Of a DNA stretch of 64,000 nt, positions 1 through 13,156 are shown one piece after another. Under the pieces are notes generated by a model. That model saw only the letters and a program-made list of their open reading frames with translations, was not told the origin of the DNA and did no database searches. Source of the stretch: Eledone cirrhosa (taxonomy: Eukaryota). A program made the position numbers and the translations under genes. Positions within the stretch are counted from its first letter, which is position 1. The number at the start of each line of letters is the position of its first letter. The DNA lies in NCBI GenBank assembly GCA_964016885.1, contig OZ024761.1:4960001-5024000 (forward strand). The letters run 5' to 3'.

Positions 1-288
1 ACACAGATACACACACACATAACTACACACGTACATACACATACACACGCATGCACACATAAATATACACATATACAAATATATACACATACATACAATT
101 TAATTAATTGTAAAGGACTGTTTGAGTTTATAACTCTAAATATAATATAATACACATACATACATACATATACAAATATACATACATACATATATACATA
201 CATACACACATACATACACACATATACGTATATACATACATACATACATACACATACACATACACATACACACATACATACATACATA

Positions 289-668
289 CATGGTGGCTGC
301 CAACTCGTTTTCGAGTACGGCCACTACTTTATATCCATGTAGGAGAACCCCTACCGATGCGCTGAACGAGTGTGACTTTTTAGTCCAGCCAGTGACTTGA
401 AAACTCTGGTACAAACACTACACTTGTGACAATTATTGACACATAGTGCTGGGCCCATGGTACCATGTGACAACAAGTGCAGAGAGATCTCCAGATACAA
501 AGCAATGCCTGTGCCGTGAGGCTTTTATAGTGAGCAAAGGCACTGCACAAAGCCAGTCCCACTCTCTTAACCAAGATGATATTTACCAAAAAGAAGAACA
601 AGTCAACATCATTGGATACCATCAGGGTTGCAGGTGTTATAGGAGAATTCTAGAAGGAAAACTCTGAC
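289..668 (-). mobile_element. 5'-truncated non-autonomous RTE-like LINE derivative with (TATG)n tail and short inverted 5' piece
   Basis: Near-identical to 739-1350. Minus strand encodes the C2H2 end CHKCSVCTRVF..LKSHTRSAHR, then 3'UTR and (TATG)n. 640-668 is a flipped piece of the 5' region. Confidence 0.75.
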
Positions 669-738
669 ATACATACATACATACATACATACATACATAC
701 ATACATACATACATACATACATACATACATACATACAT

Positions 739-1350
739 ACATGGTGGCTGCCAACTCGTTTTCGAGTACGGCCACTACTTTATATCCATGTAGGAGAACG
801 CCTACCGATGCGCTGAACGAGTGTGACTTTTTAGTCCAGCCAGCGTATTGAAAACTCTGGTACAAACACTACACTTGTGACAATTATTGACACATAGTGC
901 TGGGCCCATGGTACCATGTGAGGACAAGTGCAGAGAGACCTCCAGATATAAAGCAATGCCTGTGCCGTGAAGCTTTTATAGTGAGCAAAGGCACTGCACA
1001 AAGCCAGTCCCTCTCTCTTAACCAAGATGATATTTACCAAAAAGAAGAACAAGTCAACATCATTGGATACCATCAAGGTTGCAGGTGTTATATCAGAGTT
1101 TTCCTTCTCCTAGAATTCTGCCTTGACAAAGGCTAAGGGGTCATCTCTCCCGGTGATTTTGGATGGCCATTGACTCTTAAGAACTCCTTTGCCCTTTGAC
1201 AGGTTTTGTTTTTAGTCCTGCAGGATGTCCAAAGTCACCCTCCTCACCAAGAAACCTTGGTGGGGTTGCCAGTTTAGTCGCCAACGACCCGACCATGAGA
1301 CAGGTTGTACTGGGATACATGTTACCAGTAGCACCAACTGGTGACCTGAC
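739..1350 (-). mobile_element. Bipartite non-autonomous RTE-like element (LINE 5'UTR-like part joined to LINE 3' end), ~610 bp
   Basis: Other copies at 18600-19162 and 20934-21252. The 3' part matches the longer ORF-bearing copy at 19415-19860. The 5' part carries the AGAATTCTAGGAGAAGGAAAACTCTGA motif. Flanked by (CATA)n. Confidence 0.75.
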
Positions 1351-1738
1351 ACAATACATACATGCATACACACATACATACATACATACATACATACATA
1401 CATACATACATACATACATACATACATGCATACATACGTACATACATACATACACGCGCATACACATACCTATATAGACACACATACATACACACATAGA
1501 CACACACACGTTAAGGAAAGACTGTGTTGTCATGGTTGGAAGGTCTCCGTTAATAAAATGGCCTCCATTTCTGAGATCACGTTCAGTTAAACAACAGCAA
1601 CACTATCAACAGTCATATGCATATACACATATACACACTCACACATACACACACATACACACTCATACACATATACACACATACACACTCATACACACTC
1701 ATACACATACACATACACACACATGCACACACATACAC

Positions 1739-1867
<129 letters not shown>

Positions 1868-1941
1868 TAATAACAAATATAACAAACGGCACAGTACATG
1901 GAAGAAATATATTAATATATCGCTTGAAAAAGCAGGATATG

Positions 1942-2043
<102 letters not shown>

Positions 2044-2107
2044 ACACTTATATATATATATACAATGATATTAAATAAATGGAAACTATATTTATATAAC
2101 CATATTT

Positions 2108-2168
2108 ATTTTATTATATATATTTCAAGGGTAACGAGTCACCTTGGTACGCTTTCCTCAGATAAAAT
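2108..2168 (-). ncRNA. Type I hammerhead ribozyme motif (family A)
   Basis: Minus strand: ATTTTAT-CTGAGGA-AAGC GTACC..GTTAC CCTT-GAAA-TATATA-T-A-ATAAAAT. 7-bp stem I, CUGANGA and GAAA cores, palindromic stem III. Confidence 0.8.
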
Positions 2169-2298
2169 ACAAAGTTTGTTTTATAAATAGAGACATACCC
2201 ATAAAAATCATACCTTATCGGTTGGATATTCTCTGGATAGTCATACCGATAAGGTATGATTTTTATGGGTATGTCTCTATTTATAAAACAAACTTTGT

Positions 2299-2359
2299 AT
2301 TTTATCTGAGGAAAACGTACCAATGTGTCTCGGTACCCTTGAAATATATATAATAAAAT
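2299..2359 (+). ncRNA. Type I hammerhead ribozyme motif (family A)
   Basis: ATTTTAT-CTGAGGA-AAAC GTACC..GGTAC CCTT-GAAA-TATATA-T-A-ATAAAAT. Confidence 0.8.
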
Positions 2360-2574
2360 AAATATGGTTTTATAAATATAGTTTCCATTTATTTAATATC
2401 ATTGAATATTTACTCCACTCAGTGTTGAGTCCTCTAAATCAGTAATAACCTTTTATATTTGTCGGACTTCCAACAAATTAAATACCCCTTCTACTTATAT
2501 ATATATATATGTACCCGACCTCCCATGGGTACAAGCTGAAGCATATAGACAATATTCCCCCACAACCTCCACCG

Positions 2575-2846
2575 CAAGGTGGTCGTGGAGGTGCCACGGC
2601 AAAAAAGCACCCAGCCCACACTGTAAAGTGGACGTGTAGGCGCCACGAAAAAGCACCCAGCACTCACTGTAAATGAGGTTGGTGTTAGGAAGGGCATCCA
2701 GCTGTAGAAATCAAGCCAAATCAGTTCCTGTATGAGCAAGGCATGGTCAGCCGACCAGACACTGCCCACAACAGGACAACCCGTCTAACCCATGCTAGCG
2801 TGGAAGAACGGACGTAAAGCGGTGATGATGATGATGATGATGATGA

Positions 2847-2850
<4 letters not shown>
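2575..2850 (+). mobile_element. SINE/RTE-type 3' end with (GAT)n tail
   Basis: GGAAGGGCATCCAGCTGTAGAAA...CCCATGCTAGCGTGGAA...GATGATGAT. Related copies at 47755-48385, 49025-49275 and 57210-57480. Confidence 0.75.
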
Positions 2851-2895
<45 letters not shown>

Positions 2896-3286
2896 TGTGT
2901 GTATAGTATATTTGATAATATACTGTATGTTTAATTAAAAACATTTTAAAGACCATTCAGACCATTTGCTATGAATTTTAAAGTAGTCACTATCCCACTT
3001 ACTTATTCTCGGTAAAAACAAAGTTCTGTTCTTCGCTTGTTAGCAGTTATCAAGCCTACTCACACCTTCGCTTCTGCCGAAAATGATAGAAGCTGGATTC
3101 TTATAGAATTCCAGTAATGTCTAAGAGTTGATTAAACAGAATGGTTGCTGGTCCAGCAAAAATTAGGTATTAGTTTTGGTTCTCTGAAATAGCGATGTAT
3201 ACATGAATGTTATTGCATAATATATATTGGTAATACGTTACCAGCAGTATATCTGCATTCTTGCATAACTACATCTCATAATTATA

Positions 3287-3366
3287 TGTACATCTGATGA
3301 TGTCACATGGAAACTGTTAATGATATAACCATTGCATAACCATGTCATTGAAATATGTATAATACA
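3287..3366 (+). ncRNA. Degenerate hammerhead motif
   Basis: CTGATGA-TGTC ACATGG..CCATGT CATT-GAAA-TATGTA-T-A; stem I imperfect. Same stem-II base as 36142-36215. Confidence 0.55.
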
Positions 3367-3475
3367 ATAAAACAATTATGTAAAAGTAACCCTGTCTTAA
3401 CAACATTTTATAAATGGTTTATCCTCGCGGCATTTAAACGTAACCTCCACGGATGAACACCCTTGTTATTTGCAG

Positions 3476-3507
<32 letters not shown>

Positions 3508-3521
3508 TGTATGTATGTATG

Positions 3522-3593
<72 letters not shown>

Positions 3594-4940
3594 GTATATA
3601 TATATATACTATATAAATCGGACGTTGTATATTTAAGTAAGTAGGTGTAGTCGGATAAACGTCGAAACGGCTTGGTGGAATGCAGCGAAAATTTACACAG
3701 TTTTGCAGAATGGCCCGAGGAGGCGTTGGGTCGACTTTCAAGATACAAGTTTCCATGGTTACGGAGAAAATCGATGAAACAGGAATTCCCCATTCAAATT
3801 GAACTGAGAGTAATATGTGAACGCAGAAGTAAATATTTCGAGAAACCTTGCAACCGAACGAAAACAGGAAGACGATATTTTGGTTCGTGAAGACGTTCCC
3901 TGGCAATGAACGGGAAAAAAGCGAGGATAATACGTCGTTATGTGGAGCGAGAAGAACAATTTCATGCAAAGACAAGACCAAGTTTATGATATAAATGGAG
4001 TCGTTAGACTAATATTCTATTTAAAATAACAGACTGATTTCCAGCCCCGGAGTTTAAGAATGATGTAAATAAAATTGAAAACGAAAATGACAGAGGTTAT
4101 TAAAATAGTAAAAGTAGATAGTGAAGATTTAGGCCAGTACATACGTATGCCCCGATGGACATACACATACATACGCACACACAAATAGATACACTCCAAC
4201 AAACACACACACACGCGCGTGCGCACGCACACGTATGTATAAACCTTATGCATTTCTACAGTATTTTCACCAAACTTAAGACATAGGTTACTTATGTTCT
4301 CCGGATGGTTATGGGCACTTTCATTTATCCAGATATTGATTATAGGGCCTCCCGGCAGATAACCCCCTTTAACCTCTTTCATTGCTATTTCTACGCATTA
4401 AAAACCAGATACCTCAAAACCAGTGCGAGCGATAACTAAAATATGTTATCGGGACAGCGAATTGGAAGGGGAAAGTAAACAAACGACATAGTAGTAATGC
4501 AACGTAAAGCGAGGAAAAGAGAGACAAGTCAATGAATTTTGTGGACGTAAGTCCGAACAAATCAATCGACGAGAAGAAGCGGACACGTCCGAACCACGCG
4601 AAAAGTGAGAGAAAAGGATTTCACACAGGTCAGACGGGAGGAAGTGAAAAAGGGGGAGTAGCAGAGAGTGAGTGAGTGAAAATGTGAGGAAGGGGCCAGC
4701 AGAGGGGGGTGAATGAAAGCAAGAGGTACAAGGAGAGAGAAGGGGGAGAGAGAAAGAGGATAGCAGTAAGGTGATAGAAAAAATACGAGCCACAACGAGG
4801 GGAAAAATGATATGTGAATGAAAAAATGGCGTGCTGCGTTGTTGCGAGTGATACATATGAATGAAAATAGACCGAGAAACGGGATTGTCCATCATCAGTA
4901 GTCTGCTGATTATCATTGGTATTTCTTCGCATTAAAGACC

Positions 4941-5360
<420 letters not shown>

Positions 5361-5401
5361 GATATTAAATAAATGGAAACTATATTTATAAAACCATATT
5401 T

Positions 5402-5460
5402 ATTCTATTATATATATTTCAAGGGTACCAAAACTCTGGTACGCTCTCATCAGATAAAAT
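5402..5460 (-). ncRNA. Type I hammerhead ribozyme motif (family A; element starts at ~5358)
   Basis: Minus: ATTTTAT-CTGATGA-GAGC GTACCA gagttt TGGTAC CCTT-GAAA-TATATA-T-A-ATAGAAT. Confidence 0.85.
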
Positions 5461-6044
5461 ACAAAGTTTGTTTTATAAATTTTGACATAACCAAGAAAAG
5501 ATACCTTAACGGTTCAAGTTTTTCTTGGATAGTGAAGGGATAAGAGAAGAAAAGTCAAATATTTCAAATTATTAAGATGAGTATGCAAATGAGGTTGAGG
5601 TATAGGGCTGATAAAACGTTATTTTTAGACGCTATGCAGAATTTAAATTATTAGGATATATGTATGTATGAGTAGGAAGAAGAAAAAAAGAAAGAAGAAT
5701 TTGTATTTACGTTAATTTAAAATGAATTAACAATTTGCGGGAATGGTGGAATATGATTCCAGAATTTAAATTTATTTAGCTATATTATGAGTTATAATAT
5801 TGTATATATAATCAGTTAGATTATATGAAGAATTATGGTTGTAAGTACATTTTATCTTATTACATTACAATAGGTTGTAAGTATATAAATATCTATATAG
5901 ATTAATAATTGTGCATGTATAAGTATTATAGAAATAGAAATAATTTACAATTACTAGTTGTTTACATTTCTAATATGAGTTACGAATGATGTTGATTTTG
6001 CATTTTACATTAAAAAAAACACGTAGTTCAAGTTGTAAGAGGAG

Positions 6045-6107
<63 letters not shown>

Positions 6108-6252
6108 GATCAAATGTTAATAAGGTTCATTAATTACTCAATGAATATAGTTTTACAATAGATTCAAAGCACTCAACAGTGGAGTTTTCTGGAGTTATTA
6201 ATATTATTCAAAATATTAATAAATGAAGACTTTCACATAATCAAAATATATG

Positions 6253-6314
6253 TTTTATTATATATATTTCGGAGGTACTGTGCTGTTTTATCAGTACGTC
6301 CTCGTCAGATAAAA
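6253..6314 (-). ncRNA. Type I hammerhead ribozyme motif
   Basis: Minus: TTTTAT-CTGACGA-GGAC GTACTG..CAGTAC CTCC-GAAA-TATATA-T-A-ATAAAA. Confidence 0.88.
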
Positions 6315-7159
6315 TACATAAATTGATGTACGACATACCTCAACTGTCTTGATGGTTTAGTTTCAGTCTTGGCAGTGATTTATAACTATTAATTAATCCT
6401 ATATGTAATTGACAACTATTGATTTAAACTGTTTGTAATGTTTATAATGTTAATAATTCTAAACATTGTATAAAATGAATATACAGATATAAAATGGTGA
6501 TATGTGATTAAGTTATGATAAATATACTCATACATATTTACTATATTTGTAAACTTTATTTGTAGGTTAAATGTTTCTGATTTTGAATTTTGTAACAAAA
6601 AATTCAAAATATTTCATATTGTTTAATTTTGATTTAATACATTAGTATAATACAATATATAGAAATAATTTTAACGATATTTATTTAATTGGTCGCTTCT
6701 ACCTAACTTAATATTTAAAAACAACTGTTACGCATCACGTCCCCTTCTTCTTTCTTTCTTTCTTTCTTTCTTTCCCGTTGCAGTTATGTTTTCCATCCTC
6801 TCTTTTATCTCCCTCTCCCTCCTTCTTTTTATCTTCATCTTTTTTCTTTCCCTCCTCTCTTCTATTTAGCACACACACTCTCTCTCTCTCTCTCTCTCTC
6901 TTCTGTTTCTTCTCTAACAGGAATATTTAAATATTTTAACATTTATGTACTTATGTGTTTATTTATTTCTTCTATATTTTCCCTTACCCCCCTCTTGATA
7001 CTTATATCTCACTCCACATCCCTCTCTTCATCATATTTAGTTTGTCATCTTATTCCTTCTTGTGGTATATAAATAAAGAGTTTTGTTGTAATAAATCACT
7101 GCCAGGACTGAAACTAAACCATCAAGACAGTTGAAGTATGTCGTACATCAATTTATGTA

Positions 7160-7220
7160 TTTTATCTGATGAGAACGTACTGAAAAACGGCACAGTACCT
7201 CTGAAATATATATAATAAAA
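7160..7220 (+). ncRNA. Type I hammerhead ribozyme motif
   Basis: TTTTAT-CTGATGA-GAAC GTACTG..CAGTAC CTCT-GAAA-TATATA-T-A-ATAAAA. Confidence 0.82.
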
Positions 7221-7343
7221 CATATATTTTGATTATGTGAAAGTTTTCATTTATTAATATTTTGAATAATATATATATATATCACCTTGACCGACCAGTC
7301 TGTCGGGCGCCAATCAGCGCCGCTGGTCACAGCACGTCGTGCT

Positions 7344-7405
<62 letters not shown>

Positions 7406-7408
<3 letters not shown>

Positions 7409-7949
7409 AAATATTAAAAAAATAATGAATAAAACAATGAAACAGTTCCTTATATTAAACAAAAAAAGTTCATTATTTAACGATCGTTTCTAGGATATAT
7501 ATGTGTTAGAATTGGCATGCATATTCAACAGATCTATGTACAAAATTATACAAAATTATACAAACTATCAAAATTAAATATACATACCAAACACATATAT
7601 ATGCCGTCTTCAGAAATAATGAAGACGGCATATATATGTGTTTGGTATGTATATTTAATTTTGATAGTTTGTATAATTTTGTATAATTTTGTACATAGAT
7701 CTGTTGAATATGCATGCCAATTCTAACACATATATATCCTAGAAACGATCGTTAAATAATGAACTTTTTTTGTTTAATATAAGGAACTGTTTCATTGTTT
7801 TATTCATTATTTTTTTTATATTTTATCTTGACTCTGTATTCCGTTTATCTTTCACCGAAAGTGATTTTTCATTGCATCTCTTCTTTCCATGATATCCGGA
7901 TTACATTGAGTTCTTCATACTACCGTAAACTCTTGGTAGATTTATCTAC
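7406..7949. mobile_element. Family-C near-perfect palindrome (arms 7406-7612 / 7620-7826) plus right tail, in (TA)n
   Basis: Reverse-complement arms of ~207 bp with a 7-nt spacer and unpaired tail 7827-7949. Confidence 0.85.
7471..7621 (-). ncRNA. Hammerhead motif with ~115-nt extended stem II
   Basis: Minus: CATTATTT-CTGAAGA-CGGC ATATATATGTGTT...AACACATATATAT CCTA-GAAA-CGATCG-T-T-AAATAATG. 8-bp stem I, palindromic stem III. Confidence 0.75.
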
Positions 7950-7952
7950 ATA

Positions 7953-8818
<866 letters not shown>

Positions 8819-8964
8819 GTATATATAGTGAAAGAGTGAAGAATAACATGGTCAACAGTACAAAAAGGCTTTTATTTACAGTATTAACAATTGTGTCATT
8901 ATATATATACATATATATATATATATACTGTATATATGTATGTATATATGTATGTATATATGTG

Positions 8965-9025
<61 letters not shown>

Positions 9026-9102
9026 GTAACTTTGTTTTGAAACAATGAGTTTGTAATAGAAATAGAAGCTTTCGCCGCATTTTTAAAATGTGTTTATTAA
9101 AG

Positions 9103-9180
9103 TCGTTGATGTGTTAGTGTGATGGTAACACAGTAGTCTAGATAACCAAAGATGTGGGTTTGACTCCCGTCTACGTCAGT
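9103..9180 (+). mobile_element. tRNA-like SINE head
   Basis: A-box-like TAGTGTGATGG and B-box-like GGTTTGACTCCC, with acceptor-like pairing GTTGATGT/ACGTCAGT. Confidence 0.45.
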
Positions 9181-9546
9181 ACTCTTCTTTTTCCATTTCT
9201 TAGAGGGTTCTAAACCCCACTATCAGGATAACAGTTCTTTAAATTGAAGTTCAGTAGAATAGAAGCTCTGGCTGCGGCCATGCTAACGTTTGTAATCCGG
9301 AATGTGCAGCTAAGCACTCAATAAGGTAGTTTTTCCTTAGAGCGATAACATTACGTTTAGACAGCTTGACAAATTGAAGATTGCGACCTGTAGCCAGCCG
9401 CAAGGACCAAAGCAACGAGAAAACCAACTCAGGATAATTTGACAAATCTGGACCATCACATAAACATACACACACACACACACATATGTATATATATATA
9501 TATATGTGTGTGTGTGTATATATATATGTATACACACACACACACA

Positions 9547-9699
<153 letters not shown>

Positions 9700-9700
9700 G

Positions 9701-9811
<111 letters not shown>

Positions 9812-9925
9812 TTAGTGTTATACTTGGGGAGGGTCATATTGTTGTAATAATATTGTCAGCAATAATAACAGAACACACTCACTGTTTGGTTGGTTTTCGC
9901 TTCTGTATCTTTTATATCTCCATAG

Positions 9926-10227
9926 TTAATTTATTTAGCAATCATTGTTTATCATTGACTGACCAATGGTTAAAAATACACATATAACTATATATATATA
10001 GTCTAACAAAGTTCTTTCGTTGCACATCTGTGACATCATCAGTGGTACTATTATCATATATATATATTAAAATAACAGATTAAAGTTTAAGCAAAGAATC
10101 GCTGCTTTCACCCTTAACTGGATCTATATACACACATTATTTAACATTAGACTATATATATATATTTATATCTGTATATTTGACCGTTGGTCAGTCAGTG
10201 ATAAACATTGATGGCCAAATAAATTAA
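9926..10227. mobile_element. Old inverted-repeat element with degenerate hammerhead and a nested family-B fragment
   Basis: Arms 9926-10006 and 10148-10227. Minus-strand CTGATGA-TGTC..CAAC-GAAA at 10015-10042. Family-B piece at 10067-10125. Confidence 0.6.
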
Positions 10228-10420
10228 GGCGGTGGATTGGCAGTATCGGTAGAGGGTCGGCCGCCATGTTTAGCAGCAAAGAGTTACGTCATTTTATGGT
10301 CTGAGTTCAAATCCCGCCAAGGTTAACTTTGCCTTTCATCCTTACGGGGTAGGTAAAATAAAGTACCAGTAATACACTTGGATAATTGCTGACCTTGTGC
10401 CAAAACTAGAAACAATTATT
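10228..10420 (+). mobile_element. tRNA-derived SINE (abundant family)
   Basis: GGATTGGCAGTATCGGTAGAG..GAGTTCAAATCCC..GATAAAATAAAGTACCAGT; many copies in the window. Confidence 0.8.
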
Positions 10421-10682
10421 TAACATTGACATAATTATAAAAAATTGTAATTATGTATAATTAATTAAAATTATTTTAGACAAGGACCTCAAAGTTGATA
10501 TATCAGAGACGCCTACCCCGTCATATAACAAACGTTTATAAAGGGGGTGGAGAGCTTATGAAGACAAAACAACATCCAGTCTTGGCCAGTCTTATCCACA
10601 GACATGTTCCGCTGGATCAAAGGAAAAAGGATGGAAAGGATGTCACTACAGGCAACTGATGTCAACCTCAATTATAGGATCT

Positions 10683-12534
10683 CTCACTACAGGCAACACT
10701 ATGTCACTGCAGGCAACTCTATGTCACTACAGGCAACTCTATGTCACTACAGGCAACTGTATGTCACTGAAAGCAACTCTATGTCACTACAGGCAACTCT
10801 ATGTCACTACAGGCAACTCTATGTCACTGCAGGCAATTCTATGTCACTGCAGGTAACTCTATGTCACTGCAGGTAACTCTATGTCACTGCAGGTAACTCT
10901 ATGTCACTACAGGCAACTCTATGTCACTACAGGAAACTCTATGTCACTGCAGGCAACTCAACGTCCCTGCAGGCAACTCTATCTCACTGCAGGCAACTCT
11001 ATGTCACTACAGGCAACTCTATGTCACTACAGGCACCTCTATGTCACTATAGGCAACTCTATGTCACTACAGGCAACTCTATGTCACTGCAGGCAACTCT
11101 ATGTCACTACAGGCAACTCTATGTCATTACAGGCAACTCTATGACTACCTATATGATAGTACACACTATAGGCAACTCTATGTCACTACAGGCAACTCTA
11201 CGTCACTGCAGGCAACTCTATCTCACTGCAGGCAACTCTATGTCACTACAAGCAACTCTATGTCACTACAGGCACCTCTATGTCACTATAGGCAACTCTA
11301 TGTCACTACAGGCAACTCTATGTCACTACAGGCAACTCTATGTCACTACAGGCAACTCTATGTCATTACAGGCAACTCTATCACTACCTATATGATAGTA
11401 CACACTATAGGCAACTCTATGTCACTACAGGCAACTCTATGCCACTGCAGGCAACTCTATGTCACCACAGGCAACTCTATGACCACCTATATGATAGTAC
11501 ACACTATAGGCAACTCTATGTCACTGCAGGCAACTCTATGTCACCACAGGCAACTCTATGACCACCTATATAATAGTACACACTATAGGCAACTCTATGT
11601 CACTACAGGCAACACTATGTCACTGCAGGCAACTCTATGTCACTATAGGCAACGCTATGTCACTTCAGGCAACTCTATGCCACTGCAGGCAACTCTATGT
11701 CACCACAGACAACTCTATGACTACAACCTATATGATAGTACACACTACAGGCAACTCCATGTCACTGCAGGCAACTCTATGTCACCACAGGCAACTCTAT
11801 GACTACCTATATGATAATACACACTATAGGCAACTCTATGTCACTGCAGGCAACTCTATGCCACTGCAGGCAACTCTATGACTACCTATATGATAGTACA
11901 CACTACAGGCAACTCTATGTCACTACAGGCAACTCCATGTCACTGCAGGCAACTCTATGTCACCATAGGCAACTCTATGACTACCTATATGATAATACAC
12001 ACTATAGGCAACTCTATGTCACTGCAGGCAACTCTATGTCACTGCAGGCAACTCTATGCCACTGCAGTCAACTCTATGTCACTGCAGGCAACTCTATGTC
12101 ACCACAGGCAACTCTATGACTACCTATATGATAGTACACACTATAGGCAACTCTATGTCACTGCAGGCAACTCTATGTCACTACAGGCAACTCCATGTCA
12201 CTGCAGGCAACTCTATGTCACCACAGGCAACTCTATGACTACCTATATGATAGTACACATTATAGGCAACTCTATGTCACTGCAGGCAACTCTATGTCAC
12301 TACAGGCAACTCCATGTCACTGCAGGCAACTCTATGTCACCACAGGCAACTCTATGACTACCTATATGATAGTACACACTATAGGCAACTCTATGTCACT
12401 GCAGGCAACTCTATGCTACTGCAGGCAACTCTATGTCACTGCAGGCAACTCTATGTCACCACAGGCAACTCTATGACTACCTATATGATAGTACACACTA
12501 TAGGCAACTCTATGTCACTACAGGCAACTCTATG
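10683..12534 (+). repeat. 20-bp minisatellite (ATGTCACTRCAGGCAACTCT) with 39-bp variant and 119-bp higher-order period
   Basis: Direct reading. The 39-bp variant recurs every 119 bp at about 12117, 12236, 12355 and 12474. Confidence 0.95.
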
Positions 12535-12606
12535 TTGAAAATAAAGGAATGAAAATGGGAATGAAGTAAGAAGACATGACAAAATAAATGTCTACCCCAG
12601 GTACCC

Positions 12607-12855
12607 CAGGGGTCTGAAACCCGCGGCCCGCAAACCACTTTTCTATGGTTGCCGGTAGAACCATTTTTGTGACTAACATTTTCCTAAAACTTGATAAGTT
12701 GCCCCCACCCATTCCATACTCTTGCAGCAGTATTAAATAAATATCAGTCTATCAACTATATTGAAATCACACCCCTCCACGTTTCACATCTGGCCCGCTG
12801 TGTATCACCCTCAGGACGTAATGTCCCTCGTGAGTCCTTCAGTTTGAGACCCCTG
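12607..12855. mobile_element. hAT-like MITE
   Basis: TIRs CAGGGGTCTGAAAC / GTTTGAGACCCCTG and subterminal GGCCCGC motifs; no clean TSD. Confidence 0.65.
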
Positions 12856-13156
12856 GTTTATACTGTTATCTTATATTGCATATTTCGGTGTTAACACACC
12901 CTTTTCAAAAGAAAAGTAGAATGGTGTGCGATGGTAGTGGCGAAGTCCAAAATGTATTAACAATAAGAGTTCTTCTTTCAGACAAAAATCTCCTTGCAAG
13001 GGCAATGGGCTGGGTCCACTGCTGGATCCAGCAGAATCAAACTACCACTATCAAAGTATCGGTCGTTCTCCGACAGCTTCGTGGCTGAAACTATAGCAGT
13101 AGAGACTTCCAGCGTTGTTGGTCCTCTCAACACTTCTCTTCTCACTACTATCGGGG

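Larger units (their letters stand above)
2063..2495. mobile_element. Family-A hammerhead-bearing inverted-repeat element (PLE pseudo-LTR type) in (TA)n
   Basis: Arms ~2063-2222 and ~2244-2404 are reverse complements, with a ~90-nt tail (2405-2495) on the right arm only. Homologues at 5358, 6105, 26853 and 56538. Confidence 0.85.
6105..7270. mobile_element. Diverged family-A inverted-repeat element with ~700-bp spacer
   Basis: Arms ~6202-6385 and ~7090-7270. Tail 6105-6200 on the left arm shares AAAGCACTCAACAG..TGGAGT with 26912-26937. (TA)n on both sides. Confidence 0.8.

Noticed and set aside
1240-1350. HDV-like or twister ribozyme at the RTE-like 5' end
   Set aside because: Hairpins and a CTAA-ACTGG motif exist, but I could not build the required P1/P2/P3 order by eye.
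3434-4372. Possible TTAA-flanked Kolobok-type element or coding remnant
   Set aside because: Terminal similarity is too weak and no recognisable protein motif was found.
4450-4940. CpG-richer stretch as promoter or first exon
   Set aside because: No splice partner or coding signal identifiable from sequence alone.
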